64,000 nt of DNA. It comes from Candidatus Latescibacterota bacterium (GTDB lineage: Bacteria > Latescibacterota > UBA2968). Each line of letters starts with the position of its first letter. The stretch's first letter is position 1. Location: the NCBI GenBank assembly GCA_038279365.1, contig JAYODI010000012.1, forward strand, positions 24,189 to 88,188, read 5' to 3'. Positions 48,091 through 57,801 of this stretch are shown here, one piece after another. The notes under the pieces were generated by a model. It saw only the letters and a list, made by a program, of their open reading frames with translations, ran no database searches and was not told the DNA's origin. The position numbers were made by a program, and so were the translations under genes.

Positions 48091-48125
48091 AAAAAAGGCC
48101 CGATATCTACAACACATCGGGCCTT
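48091..48125 (-). terminator. intrinsic terminator after lepB
   Basis: Stem AAGGCCCGAT/ATCGGGCCTT with a T-run on the minus strand. Confidence 0.75.
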
Positions 48126-48144
48126 CATCATCAACCGCCACACA

Positions 48145-48807
48145 TTAATTAAGCAAACCCAACCGCCCCCATCGAATCTTGGCAAAAATATTCCAAAGCG
48201 GCTTGGCACTGTCCCACGAATAATAAATAAACAGAGGGTGTGCTTTTACCTTTTCCAAAGGTACTGGCCCCCAAAAGCGACTGTCATAACTGCTGTCACG
48301 ATTGTCTCCCATCACAAAAATATTCCCAGGAGGCACTCGATAAGGGCCAAAGTTGTCACGTGGTTGATATTGCCCCCCCCAAATGCGCGGGTCTTCGTGT
48401 TTGACACCTTCTGGGTTTTCAAACGGTTTGCCATCTACAAACAAAACTTTGTCTTTTACTTCTACCGTTTGCCCTGCAACAGCCACACATCTTTTAATAA
48501 AATCGCGTGAGGCATCTTCAGGAAATTCAAAAATTACCAAATCGCCCGGAGCAGGGTCTGTAAAGCCAGGCAAGCGAAAAGAAGGCAATTTGGTATTAAA
48601 AAAAGGCAACCGATCTGGAATTTGCGTGCCAAAAGTCAACTTGTCACCCAACACATAATCACCTTCTAAAAGCGTATCTTCCATCGAGCCCGATGGAATG
48701 TGATAAGCCTGCACAAACGTTGCCCGAATAAGAATGGCCAAAAATACCGCAATTGCCAACTCGCGAAATGCACTGCGTTTCGGTTTTGTTTTTTCTTCTG
48801 TTGCCAA
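48145..48807 (-). CDS. lepB: signal peptidase I
   Basis: IPSGSMEDTL (Ser), DFIKRC (Lys) and MGDNRDSSYDSRFWG; TTG start after GGAGG. Confidence 0.96.
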   Translation of the reverse strand: MATEEKTKPKRSAFRELAIAVFLAILIRATFVQAYHIPSGSMEDTLLEGDYVLGDKLTFGTQIPDRLPFFNTKLPSFRLPGFTDPAPGDLVIFEFPEDASRDFIKRCVAVAGQTVEVKDKVLFVDGKPFENPEGVKHEDPRIWGGQYQPRDNFGPYRVPPGNIFVMGDNRDSSYDSRFWGPVPLEKVKAHPLFIYYSWDSAKPLWNIFAKIRWGRLGLLN

Positions 48808-48911
48808 TTGGGAAACCTCCAAAATATGTGATCAAAGCTGCCACACCAACAAACCAGAACTACAAATGGCTATATGATGGCCCATACAAACCTATGGGTG
48901 CACTGTTCCTT

Positions 48912-49889
48912 TTAACGCTTCTGTGAAAAATAGGTTCGCTGCGGTTGCCCCGTTTCAGCCGATTTATTGGCTGCCAAGCTTACATCCAAAGACCGAATGC
49001 CATCTTCTAAGTCTGATAAAATACCAGAGCCATCACCAGTGCGAATGGCATCCATAAACACTTCATCAATATCTTCGTTCTCTGGAATAGGGCCTGGATC
49101 ATCGGCACCATTTGGAAGAACAGTCACGCCATCTGTCCAAACAGAGGCACGCATGTCGCGCATAATAATATCAATGCCACTGGCGCCCCCTCCTTCGCGC
49201 AAGGCACACGTAGAACTCAATGTGCCCACGGCACCACTTTCAAATTTCATGGTAACAGCATACACATCTGGAATATCCAAATTTTCAACATCGCCCAACA
49301 CTTGCGTGGCATAATAAGCGTGAACTTCTTCAACATCACCCGCAAAATAACGCAACAAATCTATTTGGTGTGTTGTTTGCTCCACAAGTTGCCCACCCGA
49401 TTGTGCCATCACACGCCACCAAGGCGTACCTGGCAAGCCACCCCAACGATGGGTCATCACCATAGCAAGAGTTTTGTCTTTCAAAAAATGATGGCCTTGC
49501 TGTGCCCAGCCCGAATAGCGTAGTTGATACCCAACCGAGGTCAATACCCCCGCTTGGTTCACCGCATCCAAAATTTCTATCGCTTTTTCCATTGTTGGCG
49601 CAACGGGTTTTTCCAACATCAAATGAATGCCTTTTTGAGCAGCCAAAATTTCAGCGTCATAATGTGCAAATGTTGGCACAACCACATACAGGGCTGTCAA
49701 GTCTTCTTTTTCTAACATGGCGTGGTAGTCGGTATAAACCCGGCCACCATATTCATCTGTGGCTTCTTTGGCCGTATTTTCATTCACATCACAAATGGCA
49801 ACAATTTCTACATCCTTAATACTGTGAAGCGTGCGCATATGATTTCGCGCACGTCCACCAGCACCCACAAACCCCACCTTAATGGCCAT
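48912..49889 (-). CDS. Gfo/Idh/MocA-family oxidoreductase
   Basis: VGFVGAGG, LEKP, VGYQLRY and SGGQLVEQTTHQID motifs. Confidence 0.93.
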   Translation of the reverse strand: MAIKVGFVGAGGRARNHMRTLHSIKDVEIVAICDVNENTAKEATDEYGGRVYTDYHAMLEKEDLTALYVVVPTFAHYDAEILAAQKGIHLMLEKPVAPTMEKAIEILDAVNQAGVLTSVGYQLRYSGWAQQGHHFLKDKTLAMVMTHRWGGLPGTPWWRVMAQSGGQLVEQTTHQIDLLRYFAGDVEEVHAYYATQVLGDVENLDIPDVYAVTMKFESGAVGTLSSTCALREGGGASGIDIIMRDMRASVWTDGVTVLPNGADDPGPIPENEDIDEVFMDAIRTGDGSGILSDLEDGIRSLDVSLAANKSAETGQPQRTYFSQKR

Positions 49890-50005
49890 TTTGAATCTCC
49901 TTATTAGACATAAAAAAGATACACCTCAAGTATCACGCTAAAAAGATAGACCCCACGTGCAAAACAGTCAAGGGTTAGAATACAGTGTATGTATCAATGC
50001 ACCAC

Positions 50006-51751
50006 CTATTTTTTGACCACTGGCCCAGTTGGTGCATCTTTGCTATAAAGCGCACGCCCACGTTCATAAGAAACCTGGATCTTACCATCAACCACGTCCA
50101 GTCGAGGTACATTTTGACCAAACGCATCTCGATCTGGCCCACGCATCACGGCCATTTGAGCATCATTCATGCCATCAACCAAGTTGCCCCATCGGTTTTC
50201 TGGGTGTGTTAACTCCCCACCACTGCGATTGAAATTGCGCGAAGAATATTTGTGCAAAATACCGCGTCGGGGAATATCACTTTTCCATGCCAATGCCCCA
50301 TGTGTGGTGCCACCATCCATAAAAAAGACCACATCTCCAGCTTTCATCTCAACATGTTTTACCAAGCCCATATGATCATCACAAGAACGCACGCCAGGGG
50401 GTTGACGATAATAAGCTTTGTGAGAACCAGGTACACATGCAAATCCGCCATCTCCAGCATTCACATCGCGCAACTGCCACGTTACCGTAATGGCTTCACA
50501 ATAACTGCGCCCATTTTGATACACATAACCCCGCGTGGGGTTCAATGGTTCATTCGAATCGTGAAGCGCATGCCCAGAACCTCCTTTGACCGAACAAAAC
50601 GCAGTGCCCCCACCCGTACGTCCGCCACTTGCCCCCATCCAATTGAGCCGATGTTCAACAACAGGATGTGCCAACATGCGCCGAAACGGATCACAATAAG
50701 GCGCTGGCAGTTGAATCAACCCATTAAGCAAGGGACGCCCAGTACCAGCCAAACTCTTAGACCCACCAGATAACTCTTCACCCACCTCAATTTTATCTTC
50801 AAAACGATCAATGGCGGCATTTGCCTCAGCCAACCAATCTTTATCCATTACACCCCGTAACACCAAATATCCATTCAAATCCCAAAAATAAAATTCTTTT
50901 TCATCAATCACAGAGTTGGGGTCTTTCATCAGTATAGACGGGTGAAACACCTTGCAGGATTCATCTATTTTTACCGTCTTGCCATCCGTTAAAATGGTCG
51001 GCGGTGGCGTGGTATCGCGATACCCCGGTTTATACAACGAAGCTTGTTGTTCTGATGTCATCTCAGATATCCAATCAGGTTTGGGTTGCTTTTCAGAAAC
51101 AGCTCCCACACCTGCCGAACGCATCACACCACGCCCCACATATTCATATGACAGCAAACGCTGTCGCCTTTCACCTTGCCAGGGGCGCATGCCTTGTAAC
51201 ACGCTCAACCCCACAATCAGCAAATCACCTGCCTTTAATTCGGGTTGCCACACAAAATCTTTGTCGTCGTTACCTGTCAAAACATCTTCAGGTGTTTCTA
51301 AATTTGCCTTATGGCTCCGAGGCACCATCACAAACCCACCCTCGCCCGCCTTCACATCTTCCAATGCCCATATAACCCGAACACCTTCACAATATCGCCG
51401 ACCATTTTGGAAATAATAAGCCACGCCTGGTTCACGAGGTTCGTTCCCCCCCACCAAAGGCGCAGCCGTATCACACGTCTCATCACACAAAATCTCAGGT
51501 TCGCGATCCAGTCTAAAACCAGGTCCTACAATTTGGTTCAAATACCACACCAACTGAGGTTGTATCAACAAATCGCGAAAGGGCTCCTTCCCATCCCCTT
51601 CCCACCGCAACATCCCTTCTAATGCCCCAACACCATCAATCACCCGATTCAACCGCTCGACTTCAGGCCGTGTTAATACCCCTTGTATATGTAAATAACC
51701 AGCAATATCAAATGCGTAATTCTCTTCATTGGTCATCGTTTCTCGATCCAT
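50006..51751 (-). CDS. double-domain phytanoyl-CoA dioxygenase (PhyH)-family protein, paralog 1
   Basis: Two units, each with F/WD..GYL..GV, PFR.LL/ML..P, GGF..VP.SHKA and KAGD; the C-terminal unit has HGALAW..RR. Confidence 0.88.
   Translation of the reverse strand: MDRETMTNEENYAFDIAGYLHIQGVLTRPEVERLNRVIDGVGALEGMLRWEGDGKEPFRDLLIQPQLVWYLNQIVGPGFRLDREPEILCDETCDTAAPLVGGNEPREPGVAYYFQNGRRYCEGVRVIWALEDVKAGEGGFVMVPRSHKANLETPEDVLTGNDDKDFVWQPELKAGDLLIVGLSVLQGMRPWQGERRQRLLSYEYVGRGVMRSAGVGAVSEKQPKPDWISEMTSEQQASLYKPGYRDTTPPPTILTDGKTVKIDESCKVFHPSILMKDPNSVIDEKEFYFWDLNGYLVLRGVMDKDWLAEANAAIDRFEDKIEVGEELSGGSKSLAGTGRPLLNGLIQLPAPYCDPFRRMLAHPVVEHRLNWMGASGGRTGGGTAFCSVKGGSGHALHDSNEPLNPTRGYVYQNGRSYCEAITVTWQLRDVNAGDGGFACVPGSHKAYYRQPPGVRSCDDHMGLVKHVEMKAGDVVFFMDGGTTHGALAWKSDIPRRGILHKYSSRNFNRSGGELTHPENRWGNLVDGMNDAQMAVMRGPDRDAFGQNVPRLDVVDGKIQVSYERGRALYSKDAPTGPVVKK
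50957..51586. repeat. 630-bp direct repeat, copy 1
   Basis: Appears identical to 52718-53347 (offset 1761); shadow ORFs 51004-51375 and 52765-53136 translate identically. Confidence 0.9.
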
Positions 51752-51766
51752 CTGCGCCTCCAAAGT

Positions 51767-53512
51767 TTAAGAATTTGCTACTGGCCCTGTCGGTGCATCT
51801 TTGCTATATAAACCTCTCCCGCGCTCATAAGACACATCTATTGCACCATTTTGAACAATTAAACGAGGCACATTGCTGCCAAACACATCTCGATCTGGCC
51901 CGCGCATCACAGCCAGTTGTGCATCATTCATGCCATCAACCAAGTTGCCCCATCGGTTTTCTGGATGTGCCAATTCCCCACCACTTCGGTTAAAGTTTCG
52001 AGACGAGTATTTCACCAAAACGCCACGCCTTGAAAGATCACCTTTCCAAGCAAATGTACCATGCGATGTGGCCCCATCCATGAAAAAGAGCACATCCCCA
52101 GCTTTCATGCCAATGTGTTTCACCAAGCCCATATGATCATCGCAGGTTTGCACACCCATAGGTGTGTTATAATTGGCCTTATGTGAGCCAGGCACACATG
52201 CAAACCCACCATCGGCCTCTGTCACATCGCGCAATTGCCAAGTCACCGTAATGGCTTCACAATAACTGCGCCCATTTTGATACACATATTGACGCCCAGG
52301 ATTTAATGGCTCACCATTGCCATGTTGCGCATGCCCAGAAGTTCCTTTTACTGATGCAAATACAGATGGATTACCCATACGCCCACCACTTGCCCCCATC
52401 CAATTCAAACAATGTTCGATCACTGGGTGTGCGACCATTCTTCGAAACGGATCACAATAAGGCGCAGGCAATTGTAAAACCGCCTTCAACTCTGGTCGCC
52501 CAGTCCCCACCAAACTCTTAGACTTGCCCGAAGTGACTTCTCCCACCACAATCTGATCTTCAAAGTGATCAACCGCCGCATTGGCTTCGGCCAACCAATC
52601 TTTATCCATTACACCCCGCAACAACAAATATCCATTCAAATCCCAAAAATAAAAATCTCTCTCATGAATGGTCGAATTTGGATTTTTGACCAAAATCGAC
52701 GGATGAAACACCTTGCGGGATTCATCTATTTTTACCGTCTTGCCATCCGTTAAAATGGTCGGCGGTGGCGTGGTATCGCGATACCCCGGTTTATACAACG
52801 AAGCTTGTTGTTCTGATGTCATCTCAGATATCCAATCAGGTTTGGGTTGCTTTTCAGAAACAGCTCCCACACCTGCCGAACGCATCACACCACGCCCCAC
52901 ATATTCATATGACAGCAAACGCTGTCGCCTTTCACCTTGCCAGGGGCGCATGCCTTGTAACACGCTCAACCCCACAATCAGCAAATCACCTGCCTTTAAT
53001 TCGGGTTGCCACACAAAATCTTTGTCGTCGTTACCTGTCAAAACATCTTCAGGTGTTTCTAAATTTGCCTTATGGCTCCGAGGCACCATCACAAACCCAC
53101 CCTCGCCCGCCTTCACATCTTCCAATGCCCATATAACCCGAACACCTTCACAATATCGCCGACCATTTTGGAAATAATAAGCCACGCCTGGTTCACGAGG
53201 TTCGTTCCCCCCCACCAAAGGCGCAGCCGTATCACACGTCTCATCACACAAAATCTCAGGTTCGCGATCCAGTCTAAAACCAGGTCCTACAATTTGGTTC
53301 AAATACCACACCAACTGAGGTTGTATCAACAAATCGCGAAAGGGCTCTCTTTGTTCATTCGCCCATCCCAACATACCAACCAACTGGCCGGCTTGATCTA
53401 TCGCAGAATTCAATCGCGCAATCTCTGCCTTACCCAATACCCCAGGCACATGTAAGTACCCAGATATATCAAATGCGTAGTTTTCCTCAAGCGTCATCTC
53501 ATTGCGGTCCAT
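51767..53512 (-). CDS. double-domain PhyH-family protein, paralog 2
   Basis: Same architecture and length (581 aa) as paralog 1. Confidence 0.88.
   Translation of the reverse strand: MDRNEMTLEENYAFDISGYLHVPGVLGKAEIARLNSAIDQAGQLVGMLGWANEQREPFRDLLIQPQLVWYLNQIVGPGFRLDREPEILCDETCDTAAPLVGGNEPREPGVAYYFQNGRRYCEGVRVIWALEDVKAGEGGFVMVPRSHKANLETPEDVLTGNDDKDFVWQPELKAGDLLIVGLSVLQGMRPWQGERRQRLLSYEYVGRGVMRSAGVGAVSEKQPKPDWISEMTSEQQASLYKPGYRDTTPPPTILTDGKTVKIDESRKVFHPSILVKNPNSTIHERDFYFWDLNGYLLLRGVMDKDWLAEANAAVDHFEDQIVVGEVTSGKSKSLVGTGRPELKAVLQLPAPYCDPFRRMVAHPVIEHCLNWMGASGGRMGNPSVFASVKGTSGHAQHGNGEPLNPGRQYVYQNGRSYCEAITVTWQLRDVTEADGGFACVPGSHKANYNTPMGVQTCDDHMGLVKHIGMKAGDVLFFMDGATSHGTFAWKGDLSRRGVLVKYSSRNFNRSGGELAHPENRWGNLVDGMNDAQLAVMRGPDRDVFGSNVPRLIVQNGAIDVSYERGRGLYSKDAPTGPVANS
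52718..53347. repeat. 630-bp direct repeat, copy 2
   Basis: See copy 1. Confidence 0.9.
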
Positions 53513-53664
53513 CACCAACCTCCTGAAACGTGTAATTACAACGCGCTCGAAACCCGTGTACCCAATGATAAAAATTCACATCCACACCAGAGCTTATTTT
53601 AGACCTCCATGAAAACCCGTTTTTTGTGTAAACACAAGCACAAATGACACGCCCCCACTACCGC

Positions 53665-53693
53665 TTGACGTGCCAGAGCCCCTGAAGTACATT
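53665..53693 (+). promoter_or_regulatory. putative sigma70 promoter
   Basis: TTGACG-17 nt-TACATT upstream of the VOC gene. Confidence 0.45.
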
Positions 53694-53782
53694 GCCCACT
53701 CATAATAAAACAGACTGCATAAGCATCATTTGTCCAGCAAAAACTAGTAGATCAACCGCCGTTCACCCTACTGGAGGTTTTC

Positions 53783-54202
53783 ATGATTACAGGCATAGGT
53801 CATATTGCTGTCACCGCGCAAAACATTGATAAATCACTCGACTTTTACACACGCATCTTGGGTTTACCAGAAGCTTTTCGAATGCACAACGATGATGGAA
53901 GTTTGTGGATGGTCTATGTGCTAACAGGCAATGGCGGTTTCATAGAAATTTTTACCAACGGGGGTGACAAACCCAACTTACCCCAAAATGCGTCAGGCTT
54001 CAAACATCTGTGTTTATGGGTAGATGACATCGAAGCAACCCTACACGATCTCAAAGACAAAGGACTCGATGTCGACCCCAACAACATTCGCACAGGCAGA
54101 AGCAAATGCCGCCAATATTTTATCACCGACCCCGACGGGCTACGCATCGAACTCATGCAACTCATGCCCGAATCGGAACAAGCCAAAGCATTAAACGCTT
54201 AG
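53783..54202 (+). CDS. VOC/glyoxalase family protein
   Basis: GHIAV..SLDFYTRILG, FIEIF, KHLCLWVDD and ITDPDGLRIEL. Confidence 0.93.
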   Translation: MITGIGHIAVTAQNIDKSLDFYTRILGLPEAFRMHNDDGSLWMVYVLTGNGGFIEIFTNGGDKPNLPQNASGFKHLCLWVDDIEATLHDLKDKGLDVDPNNIRTGRSKCRQYFITDPDGLRIELMQLMPESEQAKALNA

Positions 54203-54303
54203 TCACAAGTCGCATGCCTATTAAGTTGCATTCAAAACCTCAAACAGTTGATCACCCAACTTTACAGACCAGCAACCAGTGACCTTCTAACGGGACCTTC
54301 ACC

Positions 54304-55350
54304 ATGACCATTCATGACCTCGACACCCCTGCCCTCACCATCAATTTAGACATTCTCGAAAAAAACATTCGTGAAACCCAAGAAGATTGCAACAAACACA
54401 ATATTCATCTGCGCGTACACACCAAAACGCACAAAATTCCCGAAATTGCCAAAATGCAACTCGAAGCGGGTGCCATTGGCATTGTCTGCCAAAAAGTGGG
54501 TGAAGCCGAGGTGATGGTCGAAGCAGGTATATCCGACATACTCATCCCCTACAACATTGTGGGACCTCTCAAAGTTAAGCGCCTAACCGAACTGTGCAAA
54601 CGTGCGACCATGACGGTTGCCGTCGATTCAGAAATCACGGCACGTGGCTTATCCGATGGTGCCACACAAAACAATGTCACCATCCATATCCTCATCGAAT
54701 GTGACACTGGAGGTGGGCGATGTGGTGTACAATCACCCGAAGCAGCCTTGGCTTTGGCAAAAATTATCAACGAACTGCCAGGGCTCAACCTACAAGGTAT
54801 CATGACCTTTCCCAGCAACGAAAAAGCCAAACACTTTCTCGATCAAACGCGCACCCTATTTGCCAATGCCAATCTCCCACTTCGTATCATAAGTGGTGGT
54901 GGCACAGGCGCAGCCCAAGTGTCTAAAGCCATAGGCTGTACAGAAACGCGCAGTGGCTCACATGCTTTTGAAGGCTTAACCCGCATCAGCCACCAAAACA
55001 ACCCTCCCAACCCCATCACATGTGCCGAACGCATGATTGTCACCGTGGTCAGCACACCCACACCTGATCGCATCATTATTGACGGGGGGCAAAAAACTTT
55101 CGCCAGTCACCCACCCACTCCCTATGGCTATGTTGTTGAACATCCCAAAGCCAAAATCTATGCCATGTCGGTCGAACATGGTCATGTGGATGTATCACAA
55201 TGCAATCACAAATTTACCGTAGGTGATCGTCTTTCAATCATTCCGCTTCACCAAGGCATGACAACCAATCTCCACGACGAGGTCTATGCCGTACGCAATG
55301 GCAATGTCGAACATCTTTGGAAAGTGGCAGGGCGCGGCAAAGTGCGCTAA
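54304..55350 (+). CDS. PLP fold-type III enzyme, D-threonine aldolase / DSD1 family
   Basis: LDTPAL, RVHTKTHK, CQKVGEAE, GRCGV, SGGGT, IDGGQK and SVEHG motifs. Confidence 0.92.
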   Translation: MTIHDLDTPALTINLDILEKNIRETQEDCNKHNIHLRVHTKTHKIPEIAKMQLEAGAIGIVCQKVGEAEVMVEAGISDILIPYNIVGPLKVKRLTELCKRATMTVAVDSEITARGLSDGATQNNVTIHILIECDTGGGRCGVQSPEAALALAKIINELPGLNLQGIMTFPSNEKAKHFLDQTRTLFANANLPLRIISGGGTGAAQVSKAIGCTETRSGSHAFEGLTRISHQNNPPNPITCAERMIVTVVSTPTPDRIIIDGGQKTFASHPPTPYGYVVEHPKAKIYAMSVEHGHVDVSQCNHKFTVGDRLSIIPLHQGMTTNLHDEVYAVRNGNVEHLWKVAGRGKVR

Positions 55351-55404
55351 TCTTATCTTTCATACACGACAATCACCACAAACGCTCTTTAACGAAAGAT
55401 CACC

Positions 55405-57780
55405 ATGTCCGAACAACCTCAAAAACCGATCATTTCCAGACGCGAAGCCATTACCGGAATCGGTTTGGGCGGTGCCGTTCTTGCCCAATATGCCACCACA
55501 GCAATGGCTCAGGAGATTCCTATGAATGCAGAAAACGTTACACACTACGCTACCGTTCAGGCACTCAAAGCACAAGCCACACTCAAAACAGGACAATGGG
55601 TTAAAACAATGGGTTTCTACACACCCGGAGATGGTGGTGATGCGCTATACCACATCCAAAAGCCCGACAATGCATCACAGCCCAACGGTGCCAACATCAT
55701 AGACGTTGGTAAAAACTTAGTTGCCGTTTTACAAAAAGCTACATCCGTCAACTACAAAATGTTTGGTGCCATTGGCGATGGCAAAAATGACGATGGTGTC
55801 CAGATCAAATGGGCCCACGAATTTGCCAATCAGCATCACATACCAGTGGTGAACCTAAGTGGTGAATATTGGATTCATCAAACCAACGACATCCCCATTC
55901 GCACGAATGTGTCTTGGGGACAAACCATTGTTCATATCAACGAAAAATACAACAGCAAAAGAGAACCGCGCTTTGTTATAGAAAATGATCACCCCAAAAA
56001 AGACCTCACACAAAACACAGCCATTAAATCTGCGCTATTAGAAAAGTTAAAACCTGGCGTACAACTCATTCCCGAATTGGCCGATTATGCAGGTCATCTC
56101 TTCATTGTCGAAGACGAAGCAGATCGCATTGGCATTCGAGCAGGAAATTATTCCAAGAGTGGATGGGCACGCGAAGAGATTTTTTACGTCGAAGAAGAAG
56201 GGCGTATCATTGGCGATATTGCCTGGGATTTTAAAAATCTCACCGAAATTTCAGCCACACCGTGTAATGACAATTACCTCATTGTTGAAGGCGGTGGTTT
56301 TTACTTTTCGGGCGACAGTGGCAGCGAAGATTCCAGAGGGTATCACCATCACGGTTTTTCAGTACAACGAAGCCGCACCATCATTCGCGAACAATGGATG
56401 GGGCTGGAAAAAGGCAAACGCGATATTTCGATGCAACCCCGGCGTGGGTTTTATGCATTTAGTGGCGTCTATGACACCACATTGGAAAATATTCGGGCAA
56501 TGCCCTGGGAAAAAAACCGCGAAGAAAAAGAAAAAGTGCTTTCAGCAGGCACTTATGGTATTGGTGGGGCACGCATGCTCAATTGCACCTTTCGCAACCT
56601 CACCGCAGAAGGCGGTTGGGTCGCGTGGGGTGTCTTTGGCACCAACTTGAACAAAAACTTCCGCGTTGACAACTGCCGTCTCAATCGCATTGATGTTCAC
56701 TTCCATTGCTGGAATTTACACATCAGCAATTCTACCATTGGTTTTAAAGGCATCGCACTCACAGGTGGTGGCAACTTACTCATCGAAAACACCACCCGAC
56801 ACGGCAACAACTTTGTCAATTTCCGCAGCGACTATGGTTCCAAATGGGATGGCAACATCCACATTCGCAACTGCACGCTCAAACCCAGTGGCAATGGACG
56901 TGTCTCCGTGCTCTCCTATCGCCCTGCAAACTTCGATTATCAATATCCCATCGGTTATGGTCAAACCATCAAAATTGAAGACTTGATGATTGATTACAGC
57001 GCAGCCCCCACATCCGATGCCTCTTGTTGGATCATAAACAATGTCTCTTTTTCAAAAACAGATACCAACGCGCGGCTCTTCTTTCCTAACCGAATCGAAT
57101 TTCGCAACATCTTGGTCCAAGGCAGAGAACTTGGCGTAAGACTTTTGCGCTTGCCCAGCCCACATCACTACGACCTACGCAACAATGGCGGTTACGACGG
57201 CGACCAACTCTATGCCAATTGCACCATGATTTTTGACAATGTACACCTTGAAAAACTTCCCCCAGCCAATCTCACAGATGAAGAAGATGACCCCATGCAT
57301 CTCATCATTGGCGATGATCAAGCACACGACTATGCCGATGCATTGGCCCTCTATCCCAAAATTCGCTTTACCGAATGCGACAATGTCACTGTTTATTTGG
57401 GGCATTGCGTTGCCAGCACATCTTTTGAAAGATGTACCATCAACACCGTGCAAGCACCCAACCTGCAAGGCGCATTAAACTTTAATGATTGTCATTTCAG
57501 ACCCAACATAGAAACCGCACCCGAAAACATCAACATCGTGCAAAGCACACTGGGTACTCGTTTTACAAATTGTACCATCCATGCCCCCATCATCAATGGC
57601 AAATCGGAGCCCGACAAAATCAACCAAATGGGTTTCATCGAAATCAACAAATCCGTAAAACACTATCACCTCAACACCGCTCTTGGCAATGACATTTTAA
57701 ATCACCTCAAAAATACAGGCAAAACCCTCACCAAAAAATTTATTGCAAACCTAAAAAACCATCACGAATTAGAAGGCTGA
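55405..57780 (+). CDS. Tat-exported beta-helix (pectate lyase 3 / tailspike-like) protein
   Basis: SRREAI twin-Arg signal with AMA cleavage site; TMGFYTPGDGG; NYKMFGAIGDGKNDD; Asn/Cys beta-helix-like periodicity. Confidence 0.75.
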   Translation: MSEQPQKPIISRREAITGIGLGGAVLAQYATTAMAQEIPMNAENVTHYATVQALKAQATLKTGQWVKTMGFYTPGDGGDALYHIQKPDNASQPNGANIIDVGKNLVAVLQKATSVNYKMFGAIGDGKNDDGVQIKWAHEFANQHHIPVVNLSGEYWIHQTNDIPIRTNVSWGQTIVHINEKYNSKREPRFVIENDHPKKDLTQNTAIKSALLEKLKPGVQLIPELADYAGHLFIVEDEADRIGIRAGNYSKSGWAREEIFYVEEEGRIIGDIAWDFKNLTEISATPCNDNYLIVEGGGFYFSGDSGSEDSRGYHHHGFSVQRSRTIIREQWMGLEKGKRDISMQPRRGFYAFSGVYDTTLENIRAMPWEKNREEKEKVLSAGTYGIGGARMLNCTFRNLTAEGGWVAWGVFGTNLNKNFRVDNCRLNRIDVHFHCWNLHISNSTIGFKGIALTGGGNLLIENTTRHGNNFVNFRSDYGSKWDGNIHIRNCTLKPSGNGRVSVLSYRPANFDYQYPIGYGQTIKIEDLMIDYSAAPTSDASCWIINNVSFSKTDTNARLFFPNRIEFRNILVQGRELGVRLLRLPSPHHYDLRNNGGYDGDQLYANCTMIFDNVHLEKLPPANLTDEEDDPMHLIIGDDQAHDYADALALYPKIRFTECDNVTVYLGHCVASTSFERCTINTVQAPNLQGALNFNDCHFRPNIETAPENINIVQSTLGTRFTNCTIHAPIINGKSEPDKINQMGFIEINKSVKHYHLNTALGNDILNHLKNTGKTLTKKFIANLKNHHELEG

Positions 57781-57801
57781 TCCAAATAGGAGTATTTGAT
57801 T

